A stretch of DNA of 64,000 nucleotides, from positions 130,417 to 194,416 of the forward strand of contig DASYYY010000022.1 in assembly GCA_035933635.1 (NCBI GenBank). The letters run 5' to 3'. This DNA comes from Thermoplasmata archaeon. Lineage in GTDB: Archaea; Thermoplasmatota; Thermoplasmata; Lutacidiplasmatales; UBA184. Shown here piece after piece: positions 48,114 through 57,914 of this stretch. Every line of letters begins with the position of its first letter. Position 1 is the first letter of the stretch. Below the pieces are notes generated by a model. That model ran no database searches. It was given only the letters and a program-made list of their open reading frames with translations, and had not been told where the DNA came from. Position numbers and translations under genes: made by a program.

Positions 48114-48559
48114 GCTTCCTTGAGCAGGTAGTCCTTCAGGCGGTGGAGGCGGTCGTCCCAGAGCTGGAAGTGCCAGGACCGGGCCTCCTCCCACTGTGGT
48201 CCCGACACCCAACCTTGGTGCTCGAGCGTGACATCGATACCTTCCGGTGACTCCTGCAGGCGCACGTAGACGCTGGTGAGCGGCTCGGGCCGGTTCATCA
48301 GGGCGTCGAACTCGGACGGGCCGAACCAGGAGAAGCCGATGTCGAGCTCCGGGGTGATGCGGGTGACCTTTCCGGCACTGCGGAATGCGGGCGTGCCGGT
48401 CCATTCGAGCTCGTAGGCCCCGCCCACCACCGGCTCGATCCGTGCGTGGTCGCACATCCACTTCACCGCGCGGCCGCCATCGGTGAACGCGCCGTGGATC
48501 ATCGCGAGCGGCAGGGGTACCGTCACCTGGATGATGATCGGGTCGAGCTCCTCGAGCAT
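48104..48559 (-). CDS. SRPBCC (AHA1-like/START) domain protein
   Basis: AFTD....KW, VGG.Y, FSW, VTLEHQGW, W...L.RLK.YL. Confidence 0.85.
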   Translation of the reverse strand: MLEELDPIIIQVTVPLPLAMIHGAFTDGGRAVKWMCDHARIEPVVGGAYELEWTGTPAFRSAGKVTRITPELDIGFSWFGPSEFDALMNRPEPLTSVYVRLQESPEGIDVTLEHQGWVSGPQWEEARSWHFQLWDDRLHRLKDYLLKEAYG

Positions 48560-48858
48560 GACGCCCCGCCCGCTCCCGTCACGGAGGAAAAGGTTTGGGT
48601 GTAACGACTCCTCCACTTCTCCTCGAGAACCGCCCGGCCCAGGGCGAGGCCTCCGCAACCCGGCCCGATCCGGAGGACCCGCTGCCCCGCACGGCTCGAG
48701 CGTTCCGGGGAGATCGGGTAAACCCCACCGAGACCCACCGAGGCCGAGGCTCGGATTCGCACGCACCGGTGCCTACCGGGTAGCTGCTTCGGCGGAGGTT
48801 CAAGCCGCATCCAACGGTACGTCGTAGGGAGCGATAGGTCGCCGGAACAGGATCGACC

Positions 48859-50907
48859 ATGTCCCGTTGGATCTGGGCGGCATTGGCCGTGTGTGTTACG
48901 GCGCTCATCGCAGTCCCGACCGTCCCCGGGATTGCTCCCGAAGGTTCGACCGTGCTCGGCCCGCCGCACGCGGGCCGGCCGGTCGCGCTCGACCCCGCAG
49001 CGTACGAGCTCGAAGCGGCTCGCGGTTCCCTCGGCAGCCGGGGAGGTCCGGGGGCCGCGGCCCACTGGAGCGAGGTCAGCCCCTCCCTCAACTTCACCCC
49101 CGGTGACCCTCCTCCGCTCATGGCCTACGATGCGGCGGACGGGTACGTGGTCCTGCTAGGTGGTTTCTGTGGCCAGCTCTCCTTCCTCCCGACGTGGACG
49201 TTCGGACACGGGAAGTGGACGGAGCTCCGCACGACCGGCCCTCCGGGAGATTACGGCTCGGCCATGGCGTACGATCCTCCCGATCGGGAGGTCGTCCTGT
49301 TCGGTCAATCCACCGCGTTCGGCGGCGGGGCGCCCGTGAACATCACGTGGGTCTTCCACGGCGGAAATTGGACGTCGCTCTCCCCAGGGATCACCCACGC
49401 TCCCTCCTCCCGCCTGGACGCCGCACTCAGCTACGACGCGGCCGACGGCTACCTGCTCCTGTACGGTGGTGGCCTCGGTGACACGTGGAAATTTTCCGGG
49501 GGTGTGTGGACCAAGCTTCTTCCCTTCAGGCCAACGGGCCCGGGCATCCGTAACGACGCGTTGATGGCGTACAACGCCGCCTTGGGCGAGGTGGTGCTCA
49601 TCGGGGGGACGGCACTGCACCAGAACAACAGGTCCATCACGTGGGCCTACCGCTCGGGCCGATGGAGCCCGCTCAGCGCCACCCCGCCTCCGTCGGTCAA
49701 CGCTCTGTCCTCGCACGCCGACTGCCTGGCGTACGACGCTCGGTTGGGGGTCCTCGTGATGGTCGAACCCGGAGGGGGGATCAACGAGACTCCCGCCCGG
49801 TCGTGGAAGTTCAACGGTTCTTGGACGAAGATGCTCCTGCCCCGCGAGCCTCGCTCGACCCTGATGTCGGTCTGCACGCCGGACCCCTCGGTGGCGGACC
49901 TCCTATTGCTCGGCACACCGACCTGGGCGCTCGTCGGCCGGAACTGGAGTCCGATCGGCGGGAGCCTGTATCCGGTCTCCGCGGACGGCTCGGTCATGAC
50001 CTACGACGGGCGGGACGCGGAGGTCGTGTTCTGGGGAGCGTTCTTCTCCCCCACCTCACCGGGTCTGTACGGCCAGACGTGGACCTACGCCCATCACGCC
50101 TGGACGTGGCTTCGCAACCTCACCGTCGGTCCCCCCGGGGCCTCCGCCGGGCCATCGATGACCTACGATGCGGGGGACGGCTATGTGCTGTTCTTCGCCG
50201 GAGAGCCGAACCAGACCTGGAGTTTCGCGGCGGGGCATTGGACCCAGCGGACCGGTCCCGTCGCCCCCTCTCCCCGGGCGTTGGCCGCCGTCGCCTACGA
50301 TGCCAGGGACGGTTTCGTCGTGCTCTTCGGAGGTACTCCGTGCAACATCAGCATCGGGCAGCACGGGTGCCCGGAATTCAACGAAACTTGGACCTACGTC
50401 CACGGCCACTGGTCACGGCTCGTCCCCGGCCATGGGACGTCGCCGCCCGGACGAGAAACGGCCGTCCTCGTCTACGACTCCGCGGATCGCTATCTCCTGC
50501 TCTTCGGAGGGACCGATTGTCGGCCGCCGTCGTGCTTCGGACTCAATGACAGCTGGCAATTCCACGGGGGCAACTGGTCGATCTTGCGGCCCGCCAGCGC
50601 GCCTCGACCGTTCGTGGCCGCCGCGTCCACCTACGACGCCCACATCGCCGCCGTGGTGGTCTTCGGCGGGTGCACCGCAACAAACGGCTACTACGGCCCC
50701 GCGTACTCCCGCGCCGCGTGGACCTTCTCCGGCGGCCACTGGACCCCGGTCAACAGCTCCTCCACCTACCTCCCGATCGGTCGGTGCAGCGGCTTGATGG
50801 CCTACGTCCCCGGATCCGGCGGAGATCTCTTCACGCAGGGGGGCCCGTACCCGTACGGGTTCGGGGGAGAGGGGTTCAACGATCTCTGGTGGCTCCGATT
50901 GAGCTGA
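48859..50907 (+). CDS. Secreted Kelch-like repeat beta-propeller protein
   Basis: About 11-12 repeats of MAYD..DGYV.LFGG...TW.F..G.W; signal peptide. Confidence 0.88.
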   Translation: MSRWIWAALAVCVTALIAVPTVPGIAPEGSTVLGPPHAGRPVALDPAAYELEAARGSLGSRGGPGAAAHWSEVSPSLNFTPGDPPPLMAYDAADGYVVLLGGFCGQLSFLPTWTFGHGKWTELRTTGPPGDYGSAMAYDPPDREVVLFGQSTAFGGGAPVNITWVFHGGNWTSLSPGITHAPSSRLDAALSYDAADGYLLLYGGGLGDTWKFSGGVWTKLLPFRPTGPGIRNDALMAYNAALGEVVLIGGTALHQNNRSITWAYRSGRWSPLSATPPPSVNALSSHADCLAYDARLGVLVMVEPGGGINETPARSWKFNGSWTKMLLPREPRSTLMSVCTPDPSVADLLLLGTPTWALVGRNWSPIGGSLYPVSADGSVMTYDGRDAEVVFWGAFFSPTSPGLYGQTWTYAHHAWTWLRNLTVGPPGASAGPSMTYDAGDGYVLFFAGEPNQTWSFAAGHWTQRTGPVAPSPRALAAVAYDARDGFVVLFGGTPCNISIGQHGCPEFNETWTYVHGHWSRLVPGHGTSPPGRETAVLVYDSADRYLLLFGGTDCRPPSCFGLNDSWQFHGGNWSILRPASAPRPFVAAASTYDAHIAAVVVFGGCTATNGYYGPAYSRAAWTFSGGHWTPVNSSSTYLPIGRCSGLMAYVPGSGGDLFTQGGPYPYGFGGEGFNDLWWLRLS

Positions 50908-50926
50908 CCGTTTCGTGAAGCCCAAG

Positions 50927-50950
50927 ACTCCCCCCCTCCGTCGGGGAGTC
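50927..50950 (+). terminator. GC hairpin between convergent genes
   Basis: GACTCCCC...GGGGAGTC inverted repeat downstream of the Kelch gene. Confidence 0.4.
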
Positions 50951-51020
50951 CCGAGAAGTGAGGCGGCCCACCGGCGACTCTCCCGGGCGGACCCGGTACA
51001 GGAACGCCGACCGGGTGCCG

Positions 51021-52097
51021 CTACCGGCCCTGGCCGGAGCCGAACCACTGGTGGAACCGCTCGGTGTTCGCGATCGTCCCGACCAGGATGACCGCGTCGC
51101 GGGGGGCGAGGCGGGTCTCGAACGGCGGGTTGACCATCGTCTCGTAATCCCCCGAGGCGCTGGGGTGAGCGTAGCCGATGAGGATGCAGCCCGTATTGGA
51201 CCGGACGATCGCGTCGGCCTCGGCGAAGGTCTTGCCGACGAGCGGGCCGGTCGGGCCGAGCTGGTACTCCTGGATGTCGGAGCGAACGTCGGCCGCGGTC
51301 AGGTCTTCGAGCGCGTGGGCGACATCGGGCTCGAACGCCGCGCTCGCGCAGAGCCGTCCGCCCATGTCCGACGGACTCGCGACGTAGGTCACGCCCGCCG
51401 CGCGAAGGGTCTCCCGTAGCTCGGGCCGCCCGACGGAGACGACGATGCGGACGCCGTTGGCGTTCGCCTTCAGGTTCAGGGCGGCGATCATGTTCGTGGC
51501 GTCGTCGGGCGTGCAGATGATCACGCTGTGCGCCTCCGGCGCGTTGGCGCGGCGCAGGATCTCGAGGTCGGCGGGGGAGCCGTAAGTGACGAACAGTCGG
51601 TCCTCGCCAGCCAGCGCGCGGATGTTCGGGACGTCCTCGGCCCGATCGGTGACGACGGCGACCTTCTGGTCCTGGACCAGGAGCTCCCGCACGGCCGCCC
51701 GGCCGACGGCCGAGTAACCGGCCACGACGATGTGCCCGCGCATCCGGGTGCCGTAGGTGCCCAGCGCGCGGTCCTGTGCCTGCTCCTGTACCGCGGTCGT
51801 GATGACGGTGATGAGGTAGGCGAGCAGAAAAACCTGCGTCGCGATGACCCCCGTGGTCAGCAACTTGGCCGCGTCGTTGGTCGGGACGACGTCACCGTAC
51901 CCCACCGTCCCGAGAGTGACGATCGACCAGTACAACGAATTGAACAGGGATACCTTACCACCCTCCAGCAGGAAGAACAGGACTCCGGCGCTGAGGTAGA
52001 CGCCGATGAACACGAAGAGGAATCGCCAGATGCGGCGCAGAACGTCCTCGAGGTAGCGGAGGGTTCCCCCCGGGGAGGAGGAACGGAGGCCCGACAT
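51021..52097 (-). CDS. 2-TM potassium channel with RCK (TrkA-N/TrkA-C) domains, MthK-like
   Basis: TVGYGD selectivity filter, HIVVAGYSAVG, DDATN, TrkA-C tail. Confidence 0.93.
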   Translation of the reverse strand: MSGLRSSSPGGTLRYLEDVLRRIWRFLFVFIGVYLSAGVLFFLLEGGKVSLFNSLYWSIVTLGTVGYGDVVPTNDAAKLLTTGVIATQVFLLAYLITVITTAVQEQAQDRALGTYGTRMRGHIVVAGYSAVGRAAVRELLVQDQKVAVVTDRAEDVPNIRALAGEDRLFVTYGSPADLEILRRANAPEAHSVIICTPDDATNMIAALNLKANANGVRIVVSVGRPELRETLRAAGVTYVASPSDMGGRLCASAAFEPDVAHALEDLTAADVRSDIQEYQLGPTGPLVGKTFAEADAIVRSNTGCILIGYAHPSASGDYETMVNPPFETRLAPRDAVILVGTIANTERFHQWFGSGQGR

Positions 52098-52193
52098 GAA
52101 CCGGGTCACGGGTGCGGGCAGGCGGGGTCGCGAACTTAACAGTTGGAGGGGGCGCCCGCCAAGTGCGCGGCCCGACCCCGACGCCGGCTCCGG

Positions 52194-53132
52194 TCAGCTC
52201 GCCGGCAGGGGGGCCCCGATGCGGTTTGGGAGTCCGTCCGGGTGGGCGCCGGTCCGTGCGGGTCGAACCCGCGCGGCCGATCGGGGCGGCTCCGGCCCCT
52301 TGGCCCAGCTGTCCAGGAATCCGGCAACCAGGTCGACCGCCAGGTCGGGGGCATCGAGGCGTACGTAGGCGTTCCGAGGGGCGGTGGCACCGTTGGGCTC
52401 GGACGAGGCCCGGAAGAACATCCACCGACGATCGAGCACGAGCATCGGCGTGGTGAACAGCCGAGTATAGCGGATCGCCACGCCGACTCGGGCCAGACGG
52501 GTGAGGTCGGACTCGCGCGCAGGGTCATCGACCGGCGGGGGAACCAGCGCCCGGACCGACCCGGGCGGAAGTCGCTGTTGGAGCTTGGCGAGCTCCTGTT
52601 CGACCGCGGTGGAAGCCGAGCACCACGGTGACTCGCTTCCGGCGAGCCAGACCTCCGATCGCACCGTCCGGAGTTGGGTGAGGAGGGTTCCCAGGCACGC
52701 CGTGAGCGAGCCGGTGACGAACGCCCGGGAATCGTCCGGTGAGCTCGAGCGTTCGCTCTCGGATTCGTGGAGGCGCCGGAGCGGGAGCTCGACGCGCTCG
52801 GCCAGCGCGGTCGCCCGCCGACCATCGGCCAAGAGCTCATGGATGACCGCCGTGGGGTGTGCCGCGCGGAACACCATTCCGCTCGAACGCCGTTCCCTCA
52901 GGACCAGCCCGCGGGCCTCGAGCCGGTCCAGAGCGACGTAGACGGACTGGACGTTCGTCCGGGCGAGCCGGGCCAGCTGACGTGCGGGGGCGGCCGCCGG
53001 GTGGAGCATCAGCGCCTCGAGCAGGCGGCGATCGGTGGGCTGCAGGGAGCGGTTCAGGGCGAGCAGCTCGCGAAGGCTCGCGTCCATCTCCTCCGATCGG
53101 ATCGGGACACCGCCCTCGGAACTCTTCGTCAC
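52194..53132 (-). CDS. TrmB family transcriptional regulator
   Basis: ARQLARLA...QSVYVALDRLEARGLV wHTH; PLD-like effector domain (MLVLDRR); start 53132 or 53087. Confidence 0.82.
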   Translation of the reverse strand: MTKSSEGGVPIRSEEMDASLRELLALNRSLQPTDRRLLEALMLHPAAAPARQLARLARTNVQSVYVALDRLEARGLVLRERRSSGMVFRAAHPTAVIHELLADGRRATALAERVELPLRRLHESESERSSSPDDSRAFVTGSLTACLGTLLTQLRTVRSEVWLAGSESPWCSASTAVEQELAKLQQRLPPGSVRALVPPPVDDPARESDLTRLARVGVAIRYTRLFTTPMLVLDRRWMFFRASSEPNGATAPRNAYVRLDAPDLAVDLVAGFLDSWAKGPEPPRSAARVRPARTGAHPDGLPNRIGAPLPAS

Positions 53133-53265
53133 GCGGCCGGCGAAACAGAAGACCAGCAGTTAAACTTCGCGCCTGCGAAAACAGCGGCTATGTATACGTA
53201 CTTACTGCAAGTCTCGGCGTTCGGCGCACCCGGGTACGGTTTCGGCGTCCGCGCGCAGTCTGAAA

Positions 53266-55374
53266 ATGAACGAGAGCAAGTTCGGTCTGGGGTCGCGGCG
53301 CGGAAGTTGGCTGGTCGGCGGGACGGCGTTGATCGCCGCGACACTGTTCCTCCTGGGGAGCGCCGCGGCCGCGCACCCGGGTGCGCCGCCGCCCACGACC
53401 ACCTACTCGGTGTCGTTCGTCTCCCACGGCCTCGCCGCATCGTCGTCCTGGAGCGTCTACTTCAATGGCGTCACGTACTCGGGAACCAAGGCCACGATCA
53501 CGATCACCGGCGTCTCGGGGGGTAGCTACTACTTCTCGGCCGCCCAGGCCGTCGCGGGCTCGACGGGGATTCAATACTACGCCGGCTCGAACACCGGTTA
53601 CATCTCGGTCCCAGCGCAGCTCAGCCACTACATCGTCTACACCAAGGAGTACGCCGTGACGATCGGGGTCAACCCGACGGGCAGCGGCTACACCAACCCC
53701 GGCACGACCTACTTCGTCGCCGGAGAGACCTTCCCGCTCAGCGCGATCGCCTACACGGGCTACACGTTCTCCACGTGGGTCTCCTCGAGCAAGTCGCTGA
53801 TCCTCGGGTCAAAGACCGCCGCCTCGACCAACGTCACCATCGGTGCGCCGGGAACGCTCACGGCCAAGTTCAAGGCGGAGAAGTACCCGATCACCTACAC
53901 CGAGGTCGGTCTGCCGGCCGGTACCATTTGGTCGGTCACCTCCGGCGGGACGGCGTACGTCTCTTCGACGAGCACGATCAAGGCCGCGACCTCGGTCGTC
54001 GGCAACCTGTACTGGTCGGTCGCCCCGGTATCCTCCGGGACGACGGCGCAGTACGCCCCCTGGCCGGCCAGCGGCGGGATGTACGTGCCGAGCCAGACGA
54101 TGCAGACGATCTCCTTCGTCAAGCAGTACCAGGTCAGCGTCGTTGCCACCCCGAGCTCGACGGGCTCGACCTCGCCTTCGGGCACCGCGTTCTACACCGC
54201 GGGGACGAACCTGAGCGTCGTCGCCTACAGCACCTCGAGCTACCAGTTCTCCTCGTGGACGGCGGGCTCGACCAACCTGGGGATCGGGGGTAAGACCAAC
54301 TCCTCGACGAACGTCACGATCAAGGGACCGGGAACACTCACGGCGCACTTCTCCCCCGGCTCGTCGTGCACGACGTGCACGGTGACCATCTACGAGTCCG
54401 GCCTGCCCGCGAACGCGAACTGGGGCGTCGGCTACAACAACTCCTGGTACCCCTCGACGGTGACTCGGACGACCAACTCGCTCAAGTTCACCGGGTTGGG
54501 CAGCGGCTACTTCTACTGGTCGACCGCCAGCGCGGTGGCGAGCCCCTCGTCCACCTCCGGCGTGATCTACATCCCGTCCTCCACCGGGGGCTACATCTAC
54601 GTCCCGAGCCAGCTCGCCTACACCATCGTCTACACCCCCGAGTACTACGTCGGGATCATCACGAACCCCCAGTACGGCGCGGGCGGCGTCGGTCCGGCCT
54701 CGGGGTACTATCCGGCGGGCAGCGAGCTGCCCATCTGGAGCGGCGGCGGCAACGGCTGGGTCTTCTCCAAGTGGACCGCGAGCACCACCAAGCTCCCCTT
54801 TGCCAAGTCCAGTTCGCCGGCGACCACCGCCGTGGTCAACGGGCCGGGGACGATCGTGGCGAACTTCGTGCTCCCGACCACCACGGTCTCCTTCACGGAG
54901 TCGGGGCTGGCCAAGGGGACCCTCTGGTCGCTGACGTTCGACGGCGCGGTCTATGCCTCGAACACCTCGACGATCACGATCCACAGCGTCAGCTACGGCG
55001 GGCACTCGTGGTACCCGGACACTCCGTTCGATGCGACGACGACTACGCAGTGGGTCGCGCTGGCGTGGAACTACGGCGGCCTGAGCGGGACGCTCCAGGT
55101 GCCCTTCCAGAACGTCGAGAACATCGTCTTCGAGGAGGAGTTCAAGGTCAACTACTACACCGCCGGGACCAGCGGGGGCAGCATCTCGCCCTCCGGCCTG
55201 AACTGGTACCTCGCGGGCAGCATCGTCGCGCTGGACGCGATCAACGGGACGAGCGCGAACTTCACCAGCTGGAAGTCCTCGAGCTCCACCAACCTGGCGA
55301 TCGGATCGACGACGATGGCCGCCACCTACCTCGTCATCCAGGGGGCCGGCTCGGTCACCTGCACGTTCCACTAA
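53266..55374 (+). CDS. Secreted S/T/Y-rich protein built from four tandem thermopsin-type/InlB-B-like modules
   Basis: Signal peptide; four copies of [F.E.GL..G..W.V ... Y.FS.W ... GPGT.TA.F]; no C-terminal anchor. Confidence 0.88.
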   Translation: MNESKFGLGSRRGSWLVGGTALIAATLFLLGSAAAAHPGAPPPTTTYSVSFVSHGLAASSSWSVYFNGVTYSGTKATITITGVSGGSYYFSAAQAVAGSTGIQYYAGSNTGYISVPAQLSHYIVYTKEYAVTIGVNPTGSGYTNPGTTYFVAGETFPLSAIAYTGYTFSTWVSSSKSLILGSKTAASTNVTIGAPGTLTAKFKAEKYPITYTEVGLPAGTIWSVTSGGTAYVSSTSTIKAATSVVGNLYWSVAPVSSGTTAQYAPWPASGGMYVPSQTMQTISFVKQYQVSVVATPSSTGSTSPSGTAFYTAGTNLSVVAYSTSSYQFSSWTAGSTNLGIGGKTNSSTNVTIKGPGTLTAHFSPGSSCTTCTVTIYESGLPANANWGVGYNNSWYPSTVTRTTNSLKFTGLGSGYFYWSTASAVASPSSTSGVIYIPSSTGGYIYVPSQLAYTIVYTPEYYVGIITNPQYGAGGVGPASGYYPAGSELPIWSGGGNGWVFSKWTASTTKLPFAKSSSPATTAVVNGPGTIVANFVLPTTTVSFTESGLAKGTLWSLTFDGAVYASNTSTITIHSVSYGGHSWYPDTPFDATTTTQWVALAWNYGGLSGTLQVPFQNVENIVFEEEFKVNYYTAGTSGGSISPSGLNWYLAGSIVALDAINGTSANFTSWKSSSSTNLAIGSTTMAATYLVIQGAGSVTCTFH

Positions 55375-55534
55375 GGGACCGAGAGGGAACGGCGGGCCCG
55401 CCTCCCTCCGCAGGGGGCGGGTCCGACCCGGTAGGGGCGATCGAGTGACCGGACGACCCGGCGACCACCTCGTGGAGCGCCGTCGGCGTCGACCGGCGGA
55501 CTAGCGATATCTGGCCGGTCTTGGTCCGACCCCG

Positions 55535-56560
55535 ATGCTTCGCCGGTCCACGCCGCGGTTCCAGAACCCGGATGGCTCGACCGTCCCGGGCAGCATCGCC
55601 TCGCTCCAGGCGGCGGAGATCGGGGGCGTTCGGCAATGGGTGCTCGTTCGAGGGCAGGACTCGACGCGGCCGTTGCTCCTCTTCCTCCACGGCGGTCCCG
55701 GGGAGGGGGCCATTCTCTACGCGCGTCAGGTCCAGGAGGAGCTGGAACGGGCATTCCTTGTGGCGAACTGGGACCAGCGCGGCGCCGGCCTCTCCTACGA
55801 TCCCCAGATCCCGCTGGAATCGATGACCGTCGACCGCCTCGTCGCGGATACGATCGAGGTTTCCCGGATGCTCTTGGAACAGTACGGACGCCGTAAGCTG
55901 CTCCTCGTCGGGCATTCGTGGGGGACGATCCTGGGGATCCTCGCCGCCCAGCGGGCTCCCGAGCTCTATCTCGCCTATGTCGGCGCCGGCCAGGTCGTCG
56001 ACGCCGAGGAGTCTGAGCGGCGGATGTACGCCTGGGCCGTCGCCGAGGCGCGAGGCCGCGCGATGGAGCGAGCGGTCCGCGAACTCGAGGCGATCGGGGC
56101 TCCGCCCTATGCGTCGGTCCGCGGGTTCCGCCTCGCGCGACGATGGGTGGCTCGTCTCGGCGGCGTCGCCCGACCCGGGGTCGAGCGCTCGATGGCGTGG
56201 AGATCGATCGCCCACCTTCGTGAGTATACGCTCGGCGACCTCGTGCGCTGGTCGCGCGGGGTGAGCTTCTCGGCGCGCACGCTCGTTCCGGAGGCCGGCT
56301 CGACCGACCTCCCCCGGCGGGTCACCGCGCTGAAGATCCCGACCTACTTCCTGTCGGGTCGTTCCGACCGCGTCTGCGACCCCTGGCTCGCGCGGGAGTA
56401 CCTCCGGGTGCTCGACGCGCCCCGAAAGGCCTGGGCATGGGTCGACGACGCCGCCCACCTGGTCCCGTTCGAGGAGCCCGCGGAGTTCGCCGGTGCGATG
56501 GCCCACTTCGAGGTCGAAGCGCGACTTCCCGACGCCCCCGCGTGGTCGGTCGCGGGCTGA
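55535..56560 (+). CDS. Alpha/beta hydrolase (proline iminopeptidase-like)
   Basis: LHGGPG, WDQRGAG, GHSWG, GRSD, AAHLVPFEEP. Confidence 0.92.
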   Translation: MLRRSTPRFQNPDGSTVPGSIASLQAAEIGGVRQWVLVRGQDSTRPLLLFLHGGPGEGAILYARQVQEELERAFLVANWDQRGAGLSYDPQIPLESMTVDRLVADTIEVSRMLLEQYGRRKLLLVGHSWGTILGILAAQRAPELYLAYVGAGQVVDAEESERRMYAWAVAEARGRAMERAVRELEAIGAPPYASVRGFRLARRWVARLGGVARPGVERSMAWRSIAHLREYTLGDLVRWSRGVSFSARTLVPEAGSTDLPRRVTALKIPTYFLSGRSDRVCDPWLAREYLRVLDAPRKAWAWVDDAAHLVPFEEPAEFAGAMAHFEVEARLPDAPAWSVAG

Positions 56561-56660
56561 GCTCCCGGGCTCGGGGCGAACCGATCCACGGGTCGAAAAG
56601 GAAGGAAGAGGTTGGTCGGGCGGCCGCGCGCGAGGCGCTGCCGCCCGAGGGGCTGCCGGC

Positions 56661-57656
56661 CTAGGCGATGACCACGCTGCTGAGGTCCATCCCGTTGGAG
56701 GGTCCCGCCATGTTCCAGTTGATCGTGGACGACGCGGCGTTCCAGCCCTCGAGGTCGGCGAACGCATCGCCGAGCGCCTCGATGATCATCGCGTAGTGGT
56801 GGGCGCGGTTGAACGTCCCGTTGATGTAGAGCGGGAGCGCCATGCCGCCGACGAAGTTCATCGTCGTCGGCCCGAAGTGCGTGTAGTTCAAGCTGAAGGT
56901 GCCCGCGCTGTAGCTGTACCCCGAAGAGGACGACCAGGTCGTGTCGTTGTAGAACTCGTACCCGGACTCGTTGGTGGTGTAGGTCGAGTTGAACGCCAGC
57001 TGCTGGAAGCAGAACGTCGACGAGCAGATGCTCGCCAGGAAGTTGGACCCGTTCGTCAGGTCGGTGATGTACGCCTCGAAGAGCAGGACCTCGGCGAAGA
57101 TCTCCGACGTGCACACCGCCTCGACTCCGGAGTAGTTGTCCCAGTAGGCGAACGTCGAGCTGACGTAGCTGTAGTAGTTGGCGAACGGCTTCGCCGCCGG
57201 GCAGCTCGTGAACGAGTTCTTGCCTGTGACGTTCCACGCGAGGTTCCAGTTCGCCTTGACGTGGTGCGACCCGGTCGGGAGCGCGAGCGAAACGGCGACG
57301 GTCAGTTGCGGGCTCAGCCCGGCTTCGAAGTACTGCCCGACGCCGGCGAACGACTTGCCGCAGATATGGGCGGAGGCGGTGCCCGCCCCGAAGGAGCCCT
57401 TACCGGTGGCGAAGCTGAATCCCACCGGCTTGCTGTACGACGCCTTGGCGCACTGGCTGGCCTGCGTGCTCTGGTAGGCCGTGAACGCACCCTTGTAGGG
57501 CGCCACCTTGGTCACCGTCGGGGGGCCCACGGCGCCACTCGCCGCAGAGGCCAGCGTCAGGACCAGCACGGCGGTCCCCACTAGGCTCACGGTCCCCAGA
57601 CCGGTCCAGAAGCGCTTTCGGACGATTCGACCCATCCCTCTTCCCGCATCTTCCAT
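56661..57656 (-). CDS. Secreted hypothetical protein (paralog A)
   Basis: Signal peptide, six conserved Cys, colinear with 57915-58910. Confidence 0.82.
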   Translation of the reverse strand: MEDAGRGMGRIVRKRFWTGLGTVSLVGTAVLVLTLASAASGAVGPPTVTKVAPYKGAFTAYQSTQASQCAKASYSKPVGFSFATGKGSFGAGTASAHICGKSFAGVGQYFEAGLSPQLTVAVSLALPTGSHHVKANWNLAWNVTGKNSFTSCPAAKPFANYYSYVSSTFAYWDNYSGVEAVCTSEIFAEVLLFEAYITDLTNGSNFLASICSSTFCFQQLAFNSTYTTNESGYEFYNDTTWSSSSGYSYSAGTFSLNYTHFGPTTMNFVGGMALPLYINGTFNRAHHYAMIIEALGDAFADLEGWNAASSTINWNMAGPSNGMDLSSVVIA

Positions 57657-57914
57657 GTTCGTGGTATCCCCCTCCGGACGGGCCGATCGAAGCGGCACGA
57701 CCGGGGAAAGCAGGCCGCGGGACGGGCTCCTACTCCTTAAACCTCAGTATACGCACGGGTCCGTACCGCCCTCGTCAGGCGGCCGAATCGAGAGCTGGCC
57801 CTAGCGTATCGCGGGCCTCGGGAGGCGGGCACCCCAAGGAACGACACGGGCGGGAAAACGAGGGAAGCGGTTGGTACGGGTCGCGAGGCCGCGACCCGCC
57901 GAGGGTGCTCGACC

